DNA from: Paraspadella gotoi
Lineage: Eukaryota; Animalia; Chaetognatha
Assembly: GCA_051294375.1 (NCBI GenBank)
Contig: CM119264.1
Coordinates: forward strand, 13,102,813 to 13,166,812
Direction: 5' to 3'
DNA: 64,000 bases
The translations under genes were made by a program, and so were the position numbers. The notes below the pieces were generated by a model. That model was not told the origin of the DNA and ran no database searches. It was given only the letters and a program-made list of their open reading frames with translations. This document shows positions 27,126-47,994 of this stretch, in pieces. Every line of letters starts with the position of its first letter. The first letter of the stretch is position 1.

Positions 27126-27974
27126 TCTCTCTCTCTCACACATCCTCCCTTTCTTCTTGATCGACGCGGAACGCACGCCCTCGTCGCTGGGAGGCCCTGA
27201 CACAAAGGAAAACATAAACGAGAGGGAGAGAGGGAGGGAAGGAGAGAGACGGAGGAAATTAAGGTTGAGAAGAAAAGAGGAAGAAGGAAAAGAAAAGAAA
27301 AGAGAAACAGAGATCTGACTAGAAATACGAGGCTAACAAAATAGAAGATACAACCACAATGTCACAGGAAAGGAAAATTTTTAAAGTGGCATTGCCGAAT
27401 TTAAACTATATTTATAATCATACAAGAATTAAAATTGTCATTATCATGTATAATCTTAATCATCATTATCAGAGTCATTATTTTTATCAACATTAGCTAT
27501 AGGAGCCTCGTAATATGACCATTGATCAATGTGATCAACTAGAAGGTACTGTCCGTGGCTGCCAAAATGTGACATTTTTGAAATGTAATCAATCATCAAT
27601 ACTTTTTAATTTGTATTTCCATTTATTATTGAATCTTTAATATAAGAAAAGGGTGAAAATTGTTCATACTAGGCGACAATCGTAAAATATTTAACATTTG
27701 AAATTAAAGTTGTAGTGTTAAAATATTTAGAAGTTAATTACGTACATAACACCATTTATTAGTAACAGAAGAAAAGTAATTTTAAAATAAGCTTCCAACA
27801 AATTATCCATTTCTTGCTAAAACTCTTGTAACTGTGGAAATACCTAATATCGATAGACAGCTTTGTTGCTGTGTTGTGAAAAAAGAAAGAAAACGAATCC
27901 ATTTAAAAAAAAAAAAACACCTCCAAATACCAATATTTTCCGACGAATCTTCCGAAATTCATCTCGAAAAACTA

Positions 27975-29544
27975 TCAAAGCTTTTGTCCAAAGACGAGGA
28001 GCCTTTTGTGATGCAGGGTGAGGTTTAAGTCTCCCTCTGAGATGGGCTTGGACTCGTCCATCGTCGACCTCAACTCCATCATGAAATCGTCGAAAAAATC
28101 GTTCCACTTCTCTGGTGGAATCGAGAGAAGATTCGGGGCGAAAGACGAGACCATCATTTTCAGTTCTGAGGCGGAGGAATAGACGCGAGTGTGATTCAAG
28201 ACGCGCGACTGTGTCATGTGAGAAATCGATTTAAAAAAGGAAACAATGAAAAAAAAAGAGATCAGATTAAAAACGTTATAAAGATAAATGATATTTCACA
28301 AGCGTTTTAAGATTCTATACAATCTACCCACAATGTTATAATTCATAGTTTTATTTATACATAGTGATCTGATCGTCTTTTTCAAACAACACTTCGTCTT
28401 TTCTCATGCACCTGTAAAACTTGAAATCCTACGTTTGATGCCATTCTGCGAAACCCGATCGATGGATCTGGCCAGCCCCATTCATTGAAGGCAGCCAATC
28501 CAGGAAAGAGATAATGGGCAAGTCCACCCTCGGGTAAGTAGGAACGCCATTTCCTTCTTACTTTGATGCCCGCTAGTTTATCGGATAAATAATGCCAAGT
28601 TAAGTAGACTTAAGTAATTGAACAATTTACTAATCTACCATTGAGTGATTACCTTCTGTTAATGCGCTATATTTGAATCTAGTCTTGTCATGGCCTTCAT
28701 TCAGCCCATCTGATTTTAAATTATAAAATTGTTATAAAAATGAAATTGTTTTGCCTCATGGTAAAAGATATCCTGAAAGAATCGCTCTAATAAAATTTGA
28801 AAGCAAACTTACACTGAATAATAATCTTGTTTATTACTAGTGTCATTAGACAAAGAAGCGGGCGAAACAGAAAGAGAATTTTTAAAGTATGAAGTTTACA
28901 ATTGCGCATAAAACTAACCTATTTCCGGAATTTCTCCAATCCCTAATGGTATTACGAACAAGAAATATCCCAGGGGCTTGAGACAAAAGTGGGCATTGGC
29001 AAGAACTTCCGTTTGATCTTTGACCCAGTGAAGCGCCTCGAAGCTGGTCACCAAATCAAAAGATTCTTTCCATGGGTGCTGACGAAATGATAAGTGGTCA
29101 CCAAAGTTGGCCACATGAAAAGACAAATGATGATGAGGCTCTTTTAGTTGACAAAAGGATATCGCGGAGGGTGAAATATCTACGCCAACGACAACTACAT
29201 CTACTGACGACCTATAAAAATTAGAATAATTGCTTATCGATTAGTTTTTTTAAGTGATAAAACATATAAAATTTAAGCAGGTTATCTTTTTTTCCTTACC
29301 TCCCTTCTTTTTTTATGGTCTCATTCAGCTCTATCATCCAAAATTGAAGTTTTCTTGTTGTCTCTCCAGTGCCACATCCAAAGTCGATAGCGGTTTTAAA
29401 CATCGCTTCTTTTTTGTTATTGTTATTGTTAGTAATGCTGACTATTTCTTCCGCAAATAATTTCCAAAAGCGTTCAGCGCAATTTGTTTGGAGGGTATTG
29501 TTTTTGCTGTACAGATCCGTTAACAATGTTTCGTTTTGGGCCAT
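27975..29544 (-). CDS. Class I SAM-dependent methyltransferase, JHAMT-like (5 exons, 329 aa)
   Basis: Exons 29544-29300, 29211-28919, 28709-28653, 28572-28412, 28208-27975, all with GT-AG boundaries and matching phases (990 nt). Motifs: N-terminal LYSKNNTLQ, motif I AIDFGCGTG, VVGVDIS, FDLVTSFEALHWVKDQ, CLKPLG, C-terminal IPPEKWNDFFDDF. Confidence 0.9.
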
Positions 29545-29669
29545 TTTTAACTGATGTTAAAATGTACTGGTAAGACGAAGAAACTCTATTGGGGCACTAA
29601 TAAGATTTTTTAAAACCAGTTTTTGATCGATTTGTATTCGTTCTAGAACAGGGAGAGGAGGCTTCCCGG

Positions 29670-30072
29670 CGAAATGCTCTTCGATGCCCCCTTGCCGTCT
29701 GACGGAGCAGCGAATCTCTCTCGCTCTCTCTCTCTTTCTGGCTGGATCGGGATTGTTTAGGGTTTCGGTTAGGGATAAGGTTAGTTTAGGGGATAGAGAT
29801 TAGGATTAGGGATGGGGATTAAGGTTAGGGATTAAGGTTAAGGTTAGGTATTAGGGATGTCTTTCCCTACGCTTGCTGAGTGACTCGTTGGTCAGGATCG
29901 AGATCGACAGAAACGTCGACGATAATTTGAACGATGGAGGAAGCAGTTGCGACGGTGAGAGAGACGACAAAAGGAGTGACGCATAAAGCGACGATGGAAG
30001 CAGCAAAAGAGATAAGTTTCGTCCGTGTGTTTGAGTCCGCTGCTTCAGGAGCCGCAGCAAGGGGGCATCGAT
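29670..30072. mobile_element. Small inverted-repeat element with internal degenerate TTAGG(G) repeats
   Basis: TCGATGCCCCCTTGC...GAGCAGCG at left and CGCTGCTTC...GCAAGGGGGCATCGA at right. Degenerate TTAGGG/TTAAGG run at ~29756-29857. Confidence 0.55.
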
Positions 30073-30087
30073 GGAAAAAAGTGCTAC

Positions 30088-31076
30088 ATGTTTTATAGGC
30101 ACTTATTGTTGCTAATTTGTTCGATCTTCATTCTTCAGAATACTTAATGTTTAAATCTCTTTTAGCCAGTCAGATATTGAAAGAAACAGATACCGATCCT
30201 CGTGCTGCTGCTTTATCTGCAGCTGCAGTCGCCGCAGCCCTTTACAACAACAACAAGAATGGCTACACCGTGACCTCGTCAAAAATAACTGGAAAAGAAA
30301 AAAACCTTGTACCTTCAATCTCTCCGCTTATCGCACCTCGTCAAAGAGAGCAACCTGGAAAATTCCGTTAAGAGAAAGACGCGGATTTAGATCAAGAGGG
30401 CGAAAAGTTAAGGAAGAAAATTTGCGGAAAAATAAATTAGAGAAAATGAAAAAGCTCCCGAGCTCGAGGAAAGGGGACAAACCGTTCGTGGGGAAGAGAT
30501 TTAAAGCGACGACGACGACGATGATGATGATGATGATGATGATGACATCTATCTATCAACATGACAATATGTTTGCAAGAATGACATTGCCGAAAAATTA
30601 TATATATTTGATTTGTGGTTCCGACTTTGAATGCGATGATCTTGATGGATAAGCTAAAGTATGTTTTTGAAGATAATTATTATAGCAATGACAATGACGA
30701 TGATGATGATGACGACGACACAGACGACGACCATTATGAAAATGTTGACTCTTTGTGGAAATTGATGGAACTTAGTATTAATGTACTTATGTTTAATGTA
30801 ACAGACGATTTGCAAGTCAAAATCGAAGCTGACAATGTTAAAAAGAATCAGAAGGCTAAACATTTTGTCGGGGAAGAGATTGAGAGCAAAGGATGTGAAG
30901 ACGACGACGACGACGACGACGACGAAAAGGACAACTCGTTCGTGGGTAAAAGACGAGAGGCGATGACGGCGGCGACATATGACGACAACGACGATGGGAA
31001 AGACGACGACGACGACAAAGACGAAGACGGTGTGAACGACGATAACAACATCGTTACGTTACTTCTGGAATGGTAA
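30088..31076 (+). pseudogene. Frameshifted candidate amidated neuropeptide (FVamide) precursor
   Basis: ATG at 30088 gives the signal-like MFYRHLLLLICSIFILQN. Three FVG-KR cassettes: KPFVGKR at ~30479-30499, KHFVG(g)KR at 30858-30879 with one extra G, and NSFVGKR at ~30933-30953. Spacers are Asp-rich. Several frameshifts are needed to join them. Confidence 0.5.
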
Positions 31077-31743
31077 CGACTATGAAGGCAGGACTTACCA
31101 AGATCACGATGATGTGACGATTGACAGACGACAATGACGACACGGGAGATAACGACCCTGACGACGACGACGACGACGACGACGACGATGAAGACGACGG
31201 TAAAAACGACGATTGAGTTTGAACTGTGATCTGCGATGAAAATGGGAAACGAAGAAAGGATAAAGGATACAAGGAAAAACTCGTGAAAAAAAAAGAAAAG
31301 AAAAAAGAAAAGGAGAAAAAGGGCGGAAAAGGATATAGTCTTTCCTCTCGTCTCCTCTCTTTCTTTATTCCTCACTCCTTTTTTCTTTGTCCTCTATTTT
31401 ACTTATCTTCTCTTCTCCTCTCCTCTTTTCTTCTCTCTTCTACTCAATTCTCTCTCCTCTCTCCTTTTCTTTACTCCTTTTTCCTCTCACCTTTCTCTCT
31501 TCTCTTCTCTCTTCTATCGTCTCTCCTCCTTTATCCTTCCACCTCTCTCATCTCTTTTTTCTTTCCTTTCTCCTATGTCTTCTATCCTCTTGCCTCTCTT
31601 ACCTCTCTTTTTCTCTCCTCTCTCCTCTCTCCTCTCCGGCTGAGAATGGAACTGGGAAAAAGGGAATCTTTGCCCTTGAGAGCGAAACTAAATCGGGAAT
31701 TATAAGAATCCAGAAGCGAAAGGACGAAGAGAGAGAGAGAGAG

Positions 31744-31785
<42 letters not shown>

Positions 31786-32150
31786 AGTGAATGGAAGATT
31801 TCGAGTTCGGGACCTGAAATCTTCATCGCACCAAGATGGAATTCACAAAACGCAACTCTGATATAGTACGATCTTCAATCGATCGTTTTTTTGTGCATAT
31901 TCATTATTCATCCAATTACTAGGGTAGGGCGTGATACTAATTAATACTAAATAATTAGTACTTACTAATACTACTACTCTTTTTTTCTCTCTCTCTCTCA
32001 CTTTGAATTATTTTGCTTTTTCCCTCAGTTTGCAAGGAGCTGTGAGGAGAGAGACTGGATCGTAGATAAGGATTCAAAGGACTGCTCATCAAAAACGGAT
32101 AGTAATTGCAATCTTCATAGGGGCACTAGCACTATCTATAGCTTTCTGAT

Positions 32151-32285
<135 letters not shown>

Positions 32286-32397
32286 TATCATTGTATGTAA
32301 TATATATCTATCAATCTACCTCTTTATTCTATCGGCAGATTAGTCCTATCCCATTACGTGTTGCAAACGGGATGAAATCTCCCAGCAAAAAAAATAA

Positions 32398-33422
32398 GGG
32401 AAGGGAGGGGAGAGGTGGGGAGAGAGGAGGGGAGAGATGAGGGGAGAGATGAGGGAGAGAGGAAGGGGAGAAAGGTGGGGGAGAGAGAAGGGGAGAGAGG
32501 AGGGGGAGAATGAAGGGGAGAGAGGGTGAGAGAGGAGGGGGAGAGGGAGGGAGGAGGAAGGGAGAAAGGTGGGGGAGAGAGGGGGAGAGATGATGAGGGA
32601 GAGAGATGAGCAGAGGGAGGGGGAGAAAGTGGGAGAGGCGAGGAGGAGAAGAGGAAGGGGACAGAGAGGGAGAAAGGTGGGGGAGAGATGAGGGTGAGGA
32701 GGACGGGGGAGAGAGGAAGGGGAGAGAGAGAAGGGAGAACAGGTGGGAGAGAGATGGGGAGAGAGGAGGGGGAAGAGAGGAGGGGAGAGATGAAGGGTAG
32801 CAAAGTGGGGGAGAGGAGGGAGCGAGAAAAGGTTGAGAGGGGGAGAGAGGGTGAGGAGAGGAGGGGAGAGAGGAGAGGTGTGCCAGGAAGGGGAGAAAGG
32901 GGAGAGAAGGGTGAGAGAAAGGGATAGAGGAGGGAGAGAGAGGGAGAGGTGGGAGAGATGGAGCGTGAGAGAGGGAGGGGGAGAGAGGAAGGGGAGAGAA
33001 GGGTGGGAGAAGAGTAAGGGGGAGAGATGAGGGAGAGAGAGGTAGGGGTGGAGGAGAGGGAAGTGGGGAGAAGAGCGGAAGGAGGAGAAAAGGTGGGGAG
33101 ACGAGACAGGCGGAGAAGATAGGGAGAGGGGGGAGAGAGGACGAGGGGGAGAGAGGAAAGTGTGGAGAAGTGGGCGGAGAGAGAGAGGGGGCAGACGGAA
33201 GGTGGGAGAGGGAAGGGAGAGAGAGGAGGGAAATGGGGGAGAGAAGGAGGGGGGAGAGATAGAAGGGAGGAGAGGAGGGAGGAGCAGGAGAAGGGAAGAG
33301 GGAGGGGAGATAAAGGGAGAGAGGGGAGAGAGGAGGGGGGAGAGAGAGGGAGAGATGGAGGGGGGTGGAGAGAGGAAGGGAAGGAGAAGGGAGAGAGTGG
33401 CGGGGGAGAGAAAGGGGAGGAG
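32398..33422 (+). repeat. ~1 kb G/A polypurine low-complexity tract
   Basis: Almost only G and A, with many GGGG runs and a recurring GGTGGGGGAGAGA/GATGAGGG-type unit. Confidence 0.9.
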
Positions 33423-33783
33423 AAATCCCGTCTCCATCGAAACCCTGATTTGAGATTCAAAAAAATTCCCAAGTTTCGCTCTTGTTTCAACCGTGGGACA
33501 CAAACATCAGCCTGATGATGAAAGGGAGGACAAATTAAGGGGAGGGAAGCGACGAAGGTGAGAACGAATGAAGAAGGAAAGAAAAAAGAAGGGACGCGGA
33601 TATCAACAGATTTCGCTGACAAACGGACAAGAGAGAAGACAAATAAACACGCGAACGTTCGGACAGGGACAAAATGGTGATGTTGAAATGAAAGAAAAAA
33701 TGGAACAAATAACGGGGGAAAAATGGAAAGAAATATAGAATAGTAAAATGAAAGTTTAAAAGTTAATAATGAAAATTGTTATA

Positions 33784-34062
33784 AATGAATGAATGAATTA
33801 ATACATAAACGTATGAATGCCTGAATGAATATATGAATGAATGAATAAATGAATGAATGAATGAATGAATGAATGAATGAATGAATGAATGAATGAATGA
33901 ATGAATGAATGAATGAATGAATAAATAAATAAATAAATTAATGAATGTATGAATTAATGAATGTATGAATGAATGAATGAATGAATGAATGAATGAATGA
34001 ATGAATGAAAGAATGAATGAATGAATGAATGAATGAATGAATGAATGAATGAATGAATGAAT
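33784..34062. repeat. (ATGA)n microsatellite
   Basis: Directly visible imperfect tetranucleotide array. Confidence 0.95.
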
Positions 34063-34329
34063 AACTGAAAAAATAGATAAAAGAATAATAAAAGGACAAA
34101 AAAAAGATACGGACCCCACCTGCGCAAAGGACACTCTATTGCCCATCGACAGATGGGAAGGACGAGGAACAAACGAGGAGAAAAAACTCGGGGTTATTTC
34201 TTTCCTTCTTTTTTCTTATCTTTCCTTTTCTCCTCTCTTTATTCTCGACTACTATTCTTTCCAACTTAACTTTTTTTCTACTTTCGTATATAGGTACAAA
34301 TATCTCGACCCTTTCCCTTCCTACCCCCC

Positions 34330-34467
<138 letters not shown>

Positions 34468-36117
34468 TTTATTGCAACGCTCTACTTGCCGTTTACAATG
34501 CGACTACGCGGGGGAAGCCAACTCTTTTGTGAAACTTTCGCTCGAAAAGAGAGGAAAGAGAAAAGTTGGAGGGAAGAGAGAAAAAAGAGAGGGAGAATGA
34601 GAAGACATACTAAAGAGAAAAATATAGGGAGGACGAGAAGAGAGAGGAGAGAGGGCGCCTACGGAGGTTGATGATTAAAATTGGACGAATGAAAAGGGAA
34701 TGCTTTTGCAGAGTTTAAATAACCGATTATAAGATTGATTTCCAAGAAATAGCTCAGCAAACGAGATATCGGTTGAGGGACGCACCGGATAAATTATGGA
34801 ATAGGGTCGGGGCGGGAGAAGTTATCGTTATTGTCGATATTTCTGGTCCAGGGGAAGCCATGGGTGAAGCGAGGTGCGAAGCCGCCCAACGAGGCCAAAA
34901 AAAAAGTTGGCAAAGTTTATTGCGCCCAGACGCAACTGCGAGATTGGGAAACGGTCTTGACGAAAAATGGAGAACCATCCAAAGCTTAAGGTCGAGGGGC
35001 TTGGATTTGCGTCTCATCAATGGGCAAGTATGTTCGCTTATTAGAAGTAGGAAAAAAGTTATTTGTTATTCGTTCAAGAAAGATTGCGGTAAAAGCAAAT
35101 ATTTTTAGCTAAGAAAACTATTTTTCGAGTTTTTTTTTTATCCTCGGATCCGTTTTGGTTCTCGGAGGGCTGAAATGTCCTTGGATGATTTTTAAAAAAA
35201 CTTGCGAATCAGATAAAACACATGAAAAGTTTTCTTATTAATCGTAGTACAACCTAAATTATACTTTCTCCCATGAGACTCTCAGTAAGACTTCTATAAT
35301 GATGGGCGATTTCAAAGATTATTTTACGCAATTAATCTCTTTGTCCTTATTCTTCCTAATCTCAATAATTTTTTTCTTTCTCTTCCTTATTTTCTTTCCT
35401 TTATTGATTTTAATTTCGAAAACTTACTTTACCTTATCTTCCTTATCTCTTCTTACATCCTTCCTTTCCATTTTCCCATTGTGTCCAGAGTCTGACCACG
35501 TTTCACCTTTGTTCCGCGCGGCTGGTATTCCCCATGGGTGCCGAGTCACGGGTGCCGGGTGCCACGACGCCGGCCCATGGTGCCAGGTCTCCCTGGACTC
35601 TCTTTCACTCAGAGAGACTCCGGCGTTATGGGTGCCAAGGNNNNNNNNNNNNNNNNNNNNNNNNNNNNNNNNNNNNNNNNNNNNNNNNNNNNNNNNNNNN
35701 NNNNNNNNNNNNNNNNNNNNNNNNNNNNNNNNNNNNNNNNNNNNNNNNNNNNNNNNNNNNNNNNNNNNNNNNNNNNNNNNNNNNNNNNNNNNNNNNNNNN
35801 NNNNNNNNNNNNNNNNNNNNNNNNNNNNNNNNNNNNNNNNNNNNNNNNNNNNNNNNNNNNNNNNNNNNNNNNNNNNNNNNNNNNNNNNNNNNNNNNNNNN
35901 NNNNNNNNNNNNNNNNNNNNNNNNNNNNNNNNNNNNNNNNNNNNNNNNNNNNNNNNNNNNNNNNNNNNNNNNNNNNNNNNNNNNNNNNNNNNNNNNNNNN
36001 NNNNNNNNNNNNNNNNNNNNNNNNNNNNNNNNNNNNNNNNNNNNNNNNNNNNNNNNNNNNNNNNNNNNNNNNNNNNNNNNNNNNNNNNNNNNNNNNNNNN
36101 NNNNNNNNNNNNNNNNN

Positions 36118-36152
<35 letters not shown>

Positions 36153-37286
36153 ATTCGCATGCGATCGCGTTTCCTCCAACCTTTTTTTTCCCAAATTTTT
36201 TTTCTTTCTTAAAAAGGCCTTCATTTCCCCGCCCTTTTTTTCTTCACTTCCGGTGGCGCACGTGGCGGCGTCAAAAACGCGCGGGCGGCGACGAAGCATC
36301 GACTCACAGAAACGCGCGTTCGCCAGAGAAAAAGCATTTACAGCACGCATTTATCACGTGAAAAGGAGAAGTGGATGATGAGGATAGTGAATGCTTTTTC
36401 GAAAAGTATGAGGTCTGGTCGCATCACTCTTGGGGTTGAGGACACGATAAGCATTTTGTATTGTTCAGAACTTTCTTTATATTAATCGGTAAATTCGTTT
36501 CTTATCCCGATTATCTTGTTATTAGTAAATTATTAAATGAACATAAGTATAAAGAAATAAACCTTTTTTTTCTATCCTAAAGTTGTAAACTCGAGCAAAT
36601 TTTTTTTAAAAACGAATTCTTTTTAATACCTTTTAAGTCTTGGTTTTCACACGACCCTATTCGTATTCTTCACCTATCGTCGAAGCGAGGAGCGCGAAAT
36701 TCATAACAGAACAACAATGAAAAGGAAAAAAAAAAGGATGAAAAAAAAGGAAAAAAGGAGAAGATTTATTGACATCTTAAAAAGTGGGGGGAAGTGGGTG
36801 AGTCTCAAGCGGAATCCTGGGCGTGGCCCCGGGGGGTATTTAAAGGGGGCGTGGTCGGAGCGAAGGGTCGAGGGGAGCGGATGAACCTCCGGAGACCCCG
36901 CGGGGCGCCGGAGCCAGAAACCTCGAGCGCCAGCGGCGGCAGGTCCGAAACCGGTGGCACCCGAAAGACGCCATCGCCCCTCGCTGCGGAAAAAATGGAA
37001 TCCGGCAGAGAGGAGAGAGAGGAGAGAGAGAGGGAGAGAGAGAGGAGAGAAGAGAGAGAGAGAGAGGAGAGAGAGAGAAGAAGATGAGAGAGAGAGAGGT
37101 TCTCTTTTGCCTTCTTTTTTTTTCGCTCGCCGCTCGGCGTCATCTCTGTCTCCCTCGAAGGCTCCTGATCACGTCATGCAAATTGCGTTTCCGGTCCAAC
37201 GAAGACGACGACGACCCGTAATTTTTCTAATGAAAGACGATTGTGCGGAGAGGGAGAGATGACGAGAGCGAGATATGCGGAACGAG

Positions 37287-37324
<38 letters not shown>

Positions 37325-38532
37325 AGGAGAGGAAGCGAGAGAGGAGAGAGAGAGAGAGAGGAAAGAGAGAGAGAGAGAGACTGAGAGTGAAAGAGGAGGG
37401 GCCGAGTCGGTGCTAAATCACTCGTTTGTATTTATGATAAGTTAATGAGACGGGGAGGGAGGGGCGGTATGAATGGAAAAATGGCTTATCGCGGTAAATT
37501 TACCATCGCGTTGCTTTGATAACATAAATTCTAATGAAAAAAAATATAAAGCGATCAGAGTCTTTATTTAAATGTACTTATCCTTTTAATACCTTAATTT
37601 TTATTGCGAACGGTTCTCTTGTAACTTTTATCAAGCTTTAATAGACTCTAATTTTTTTCAGCAACATTTTTAAGAGCAAATAAATTTTTCCTTCATTCTT
37701 TTGTTTTTGTTGTTTGACTTTTTGGACATCGAAACGCATCCCACTCAATCGTGAATATCTGGCTCGCGTTCACTACTCAAAAGGTGTGAATCAATCACTG
37801 ACGTCAGATTCAAACTCGTGATAATAAAATTCGATTAGCGACGACGTCAGTTCATTGAAAGAGTCGCTCAGATTCGGTAAGTTCAAGGTGGAGAGCCGAA
37901 ATGACTTTCTTAAAAGCTAGCATTTCCGGATTATCTAAGTATTATCAGTGTACCAAAGTATAAAACATATGCTCAATATATGTCTTATTGTACATCAACT
38001 TAGTACTAATAAGTATTAATCAAAAATATAAAGAATTACTGAGTTATGATCTAATAAACTGATAAACAGTCAGATAGATGAAGGGACCCTCCGACATACT
38101 CACCCTTAAATCGAACAACGTGACTGACCATCTGACCGACCAAAAAGTGACTTATAGAGTTTCGAAAGTTTATACGGAAACTATGGAGGCTCACGGGGCG
38201 AAATTGATGTTCTTTAAATACACTGTTCAATTTTCCTGTAATTCTGTTCAGTATCATCAACGTATCATTAAGATTAAAAGAAGAAATCTTTAAAATGACA
38301 GGCCTCCGGGAAAGTCAAAACAAATGACTTGTCCGCCCAATTCTGAAAAGTAGCGTGAGAAATCAGGGCCGGTCACAGGTGACGATCAAAGATAATCATT
38401 TCGTTCATCTCGCTCTCTCGATTTCTCTCGACCTCTCGCTCTCTCTATTTCTCTCGATCTCTCGCTCTCGCGTTCTTTTTCTCGCTCGACGTCGCGCATT
38501 AAAAAGGAATCGAAAGAGTTCACATAGGAATC

Positions 38533-46574
<8,042 letters not shown>

Positions 46575-46709
46575 ACGTAAGTTTTACTATAAAAAAATGA
46601 TGTAACTAATCGCTTTTTGTCGTCAATAAATATAGGATGATTATTTAAAGTTTTTTTTTTTTTTTAAAATCCTAGTGTCTTAAGGTCTAGAAAGAGATGA
46701 GAGAGAGAG

Positions 46710-46784
<75 letters not shown>

Positions 46785-47333
46785 AATTCTTTGTTCGACA
46801 CCTGAGAAATGTCATAAACAATAGCTATACAAAATCACTTGATTTCCTCTCATCGCATTCCAAACAGAGACGGATAAATATCCTCACCACATTCGTCACC
46901 GTCTTCTTTCAGTCTTCGCAGCAGTCAACGCATAAAGCGCCGAGAAATACGCCCCCCTGGTTGCTTCCGACGGCCACGCCCACTTTAATTCCCGATGAAT
47001 GGCGCCCATTAATTGTTCTCTCGACGAAGACCATCTCTCTTCCCTCACCCGTTCTCGAACTGACTCACCCTCGAACGAACCATTCACCATTCACCATTCA
47101 CCGTTCACCATTCACCGTTCACCATTCACCGTTCACCGTCCTTTATTTACATTTTAACTCTCACCGACGTCACCGTCTTTGCGCTCAATACCCTTCACCT
47201 TCGGGGCGACACTCAAGTTGACTTCGTCCTTTTGTCTTTTCTTCGACAATGTTTTATTTATCATTTCAGTCTTTCTTTTGTTTCTTTTTTTCTTTCTTTC
47301 TTTCGTTCTTTCTTTCTTTCGTACTTTCTTTCT

Positions 47334-47700
47334 TTTTTAGCTGCGCCGCGAGTAAGGGCGAGTACTCACTTATCGGTCGGTCTGTCGGTCTCTCTGTCTG
47401 TCGGTCGGTATGTCTGTCCGTCGGCCTGTCTCACTTACATTTAAGTTTCATTCATCTGTGATGCTTACATTAAAAATTCATAAAATTCGCCTATTGTTGG
47501 TTGCTCATTTGTTAAGATAGAACAAGAATAAGAAAAAAAAGACGTAATTTCGATGCAGTGCATGTTATAAATTTACAAGCTAAGAAACTTTTTAGTCATG
47601 TCATGTCATATCATGTCATATCATATCATGGGGACAAAGAGAAATATTCGTGAAAATAAAGTCACTGCAACGCAACACATTGGAATCACCGTTCTTGTTT
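47334..47700 (+). mobile_element. Short HINE/DINE-1-like element, same family as 22823-23174
   Basis: TTTTTAGCTGCG start, GTCG/GTCT tract, GTTGGTTGCTCATTTGTTAAGA, GTCATGTCA, CGTGAAAATAAAG, CGCAACACATT, CTTGTTT end. Confidence 0.75.
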
Positions 47701-47917
47701 TCTTTCCTTCTTTCTTTTTTTCTCCCGTTCTTTTCTTCTCTCTTTCTTTCTTTTTTTTTCGCTTCGGGACGGAGCGACTAGGACCGACTTCAACTACGTA
47801 GAGAAGGTTGAGCGGCAACGAGAGAGAGCGAGAGACGGCAGAAAAAACACGTTTCCCAATTTTCCACTGTTTCTCTCGGCTTTCTCGCCAATTTCTGTTT
47901 TTCCCATATTTATCGAT

Positions 47918-47994
<77 letters not shown>

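Noticed and set aside
29756-29857. Possible interstitial telomere or fusion site
   Set aside because: Short, very degenerate, single orientation and enclosed by inverted repeats; better explained as the interior of a small element.
32346-33622. Long ORFs of 385 and 422 aa (Pro/Leu/Ser-rich) on the - strand
   Set aside because: They translate the polypurine/polypyrimidine tract, which lacks stop codons by composition.
35500-35640. GC-rich stretch with repeated GGGTGCC motifs
   Set aside because: Cut off by an assembly gap; too little sequence to classify.
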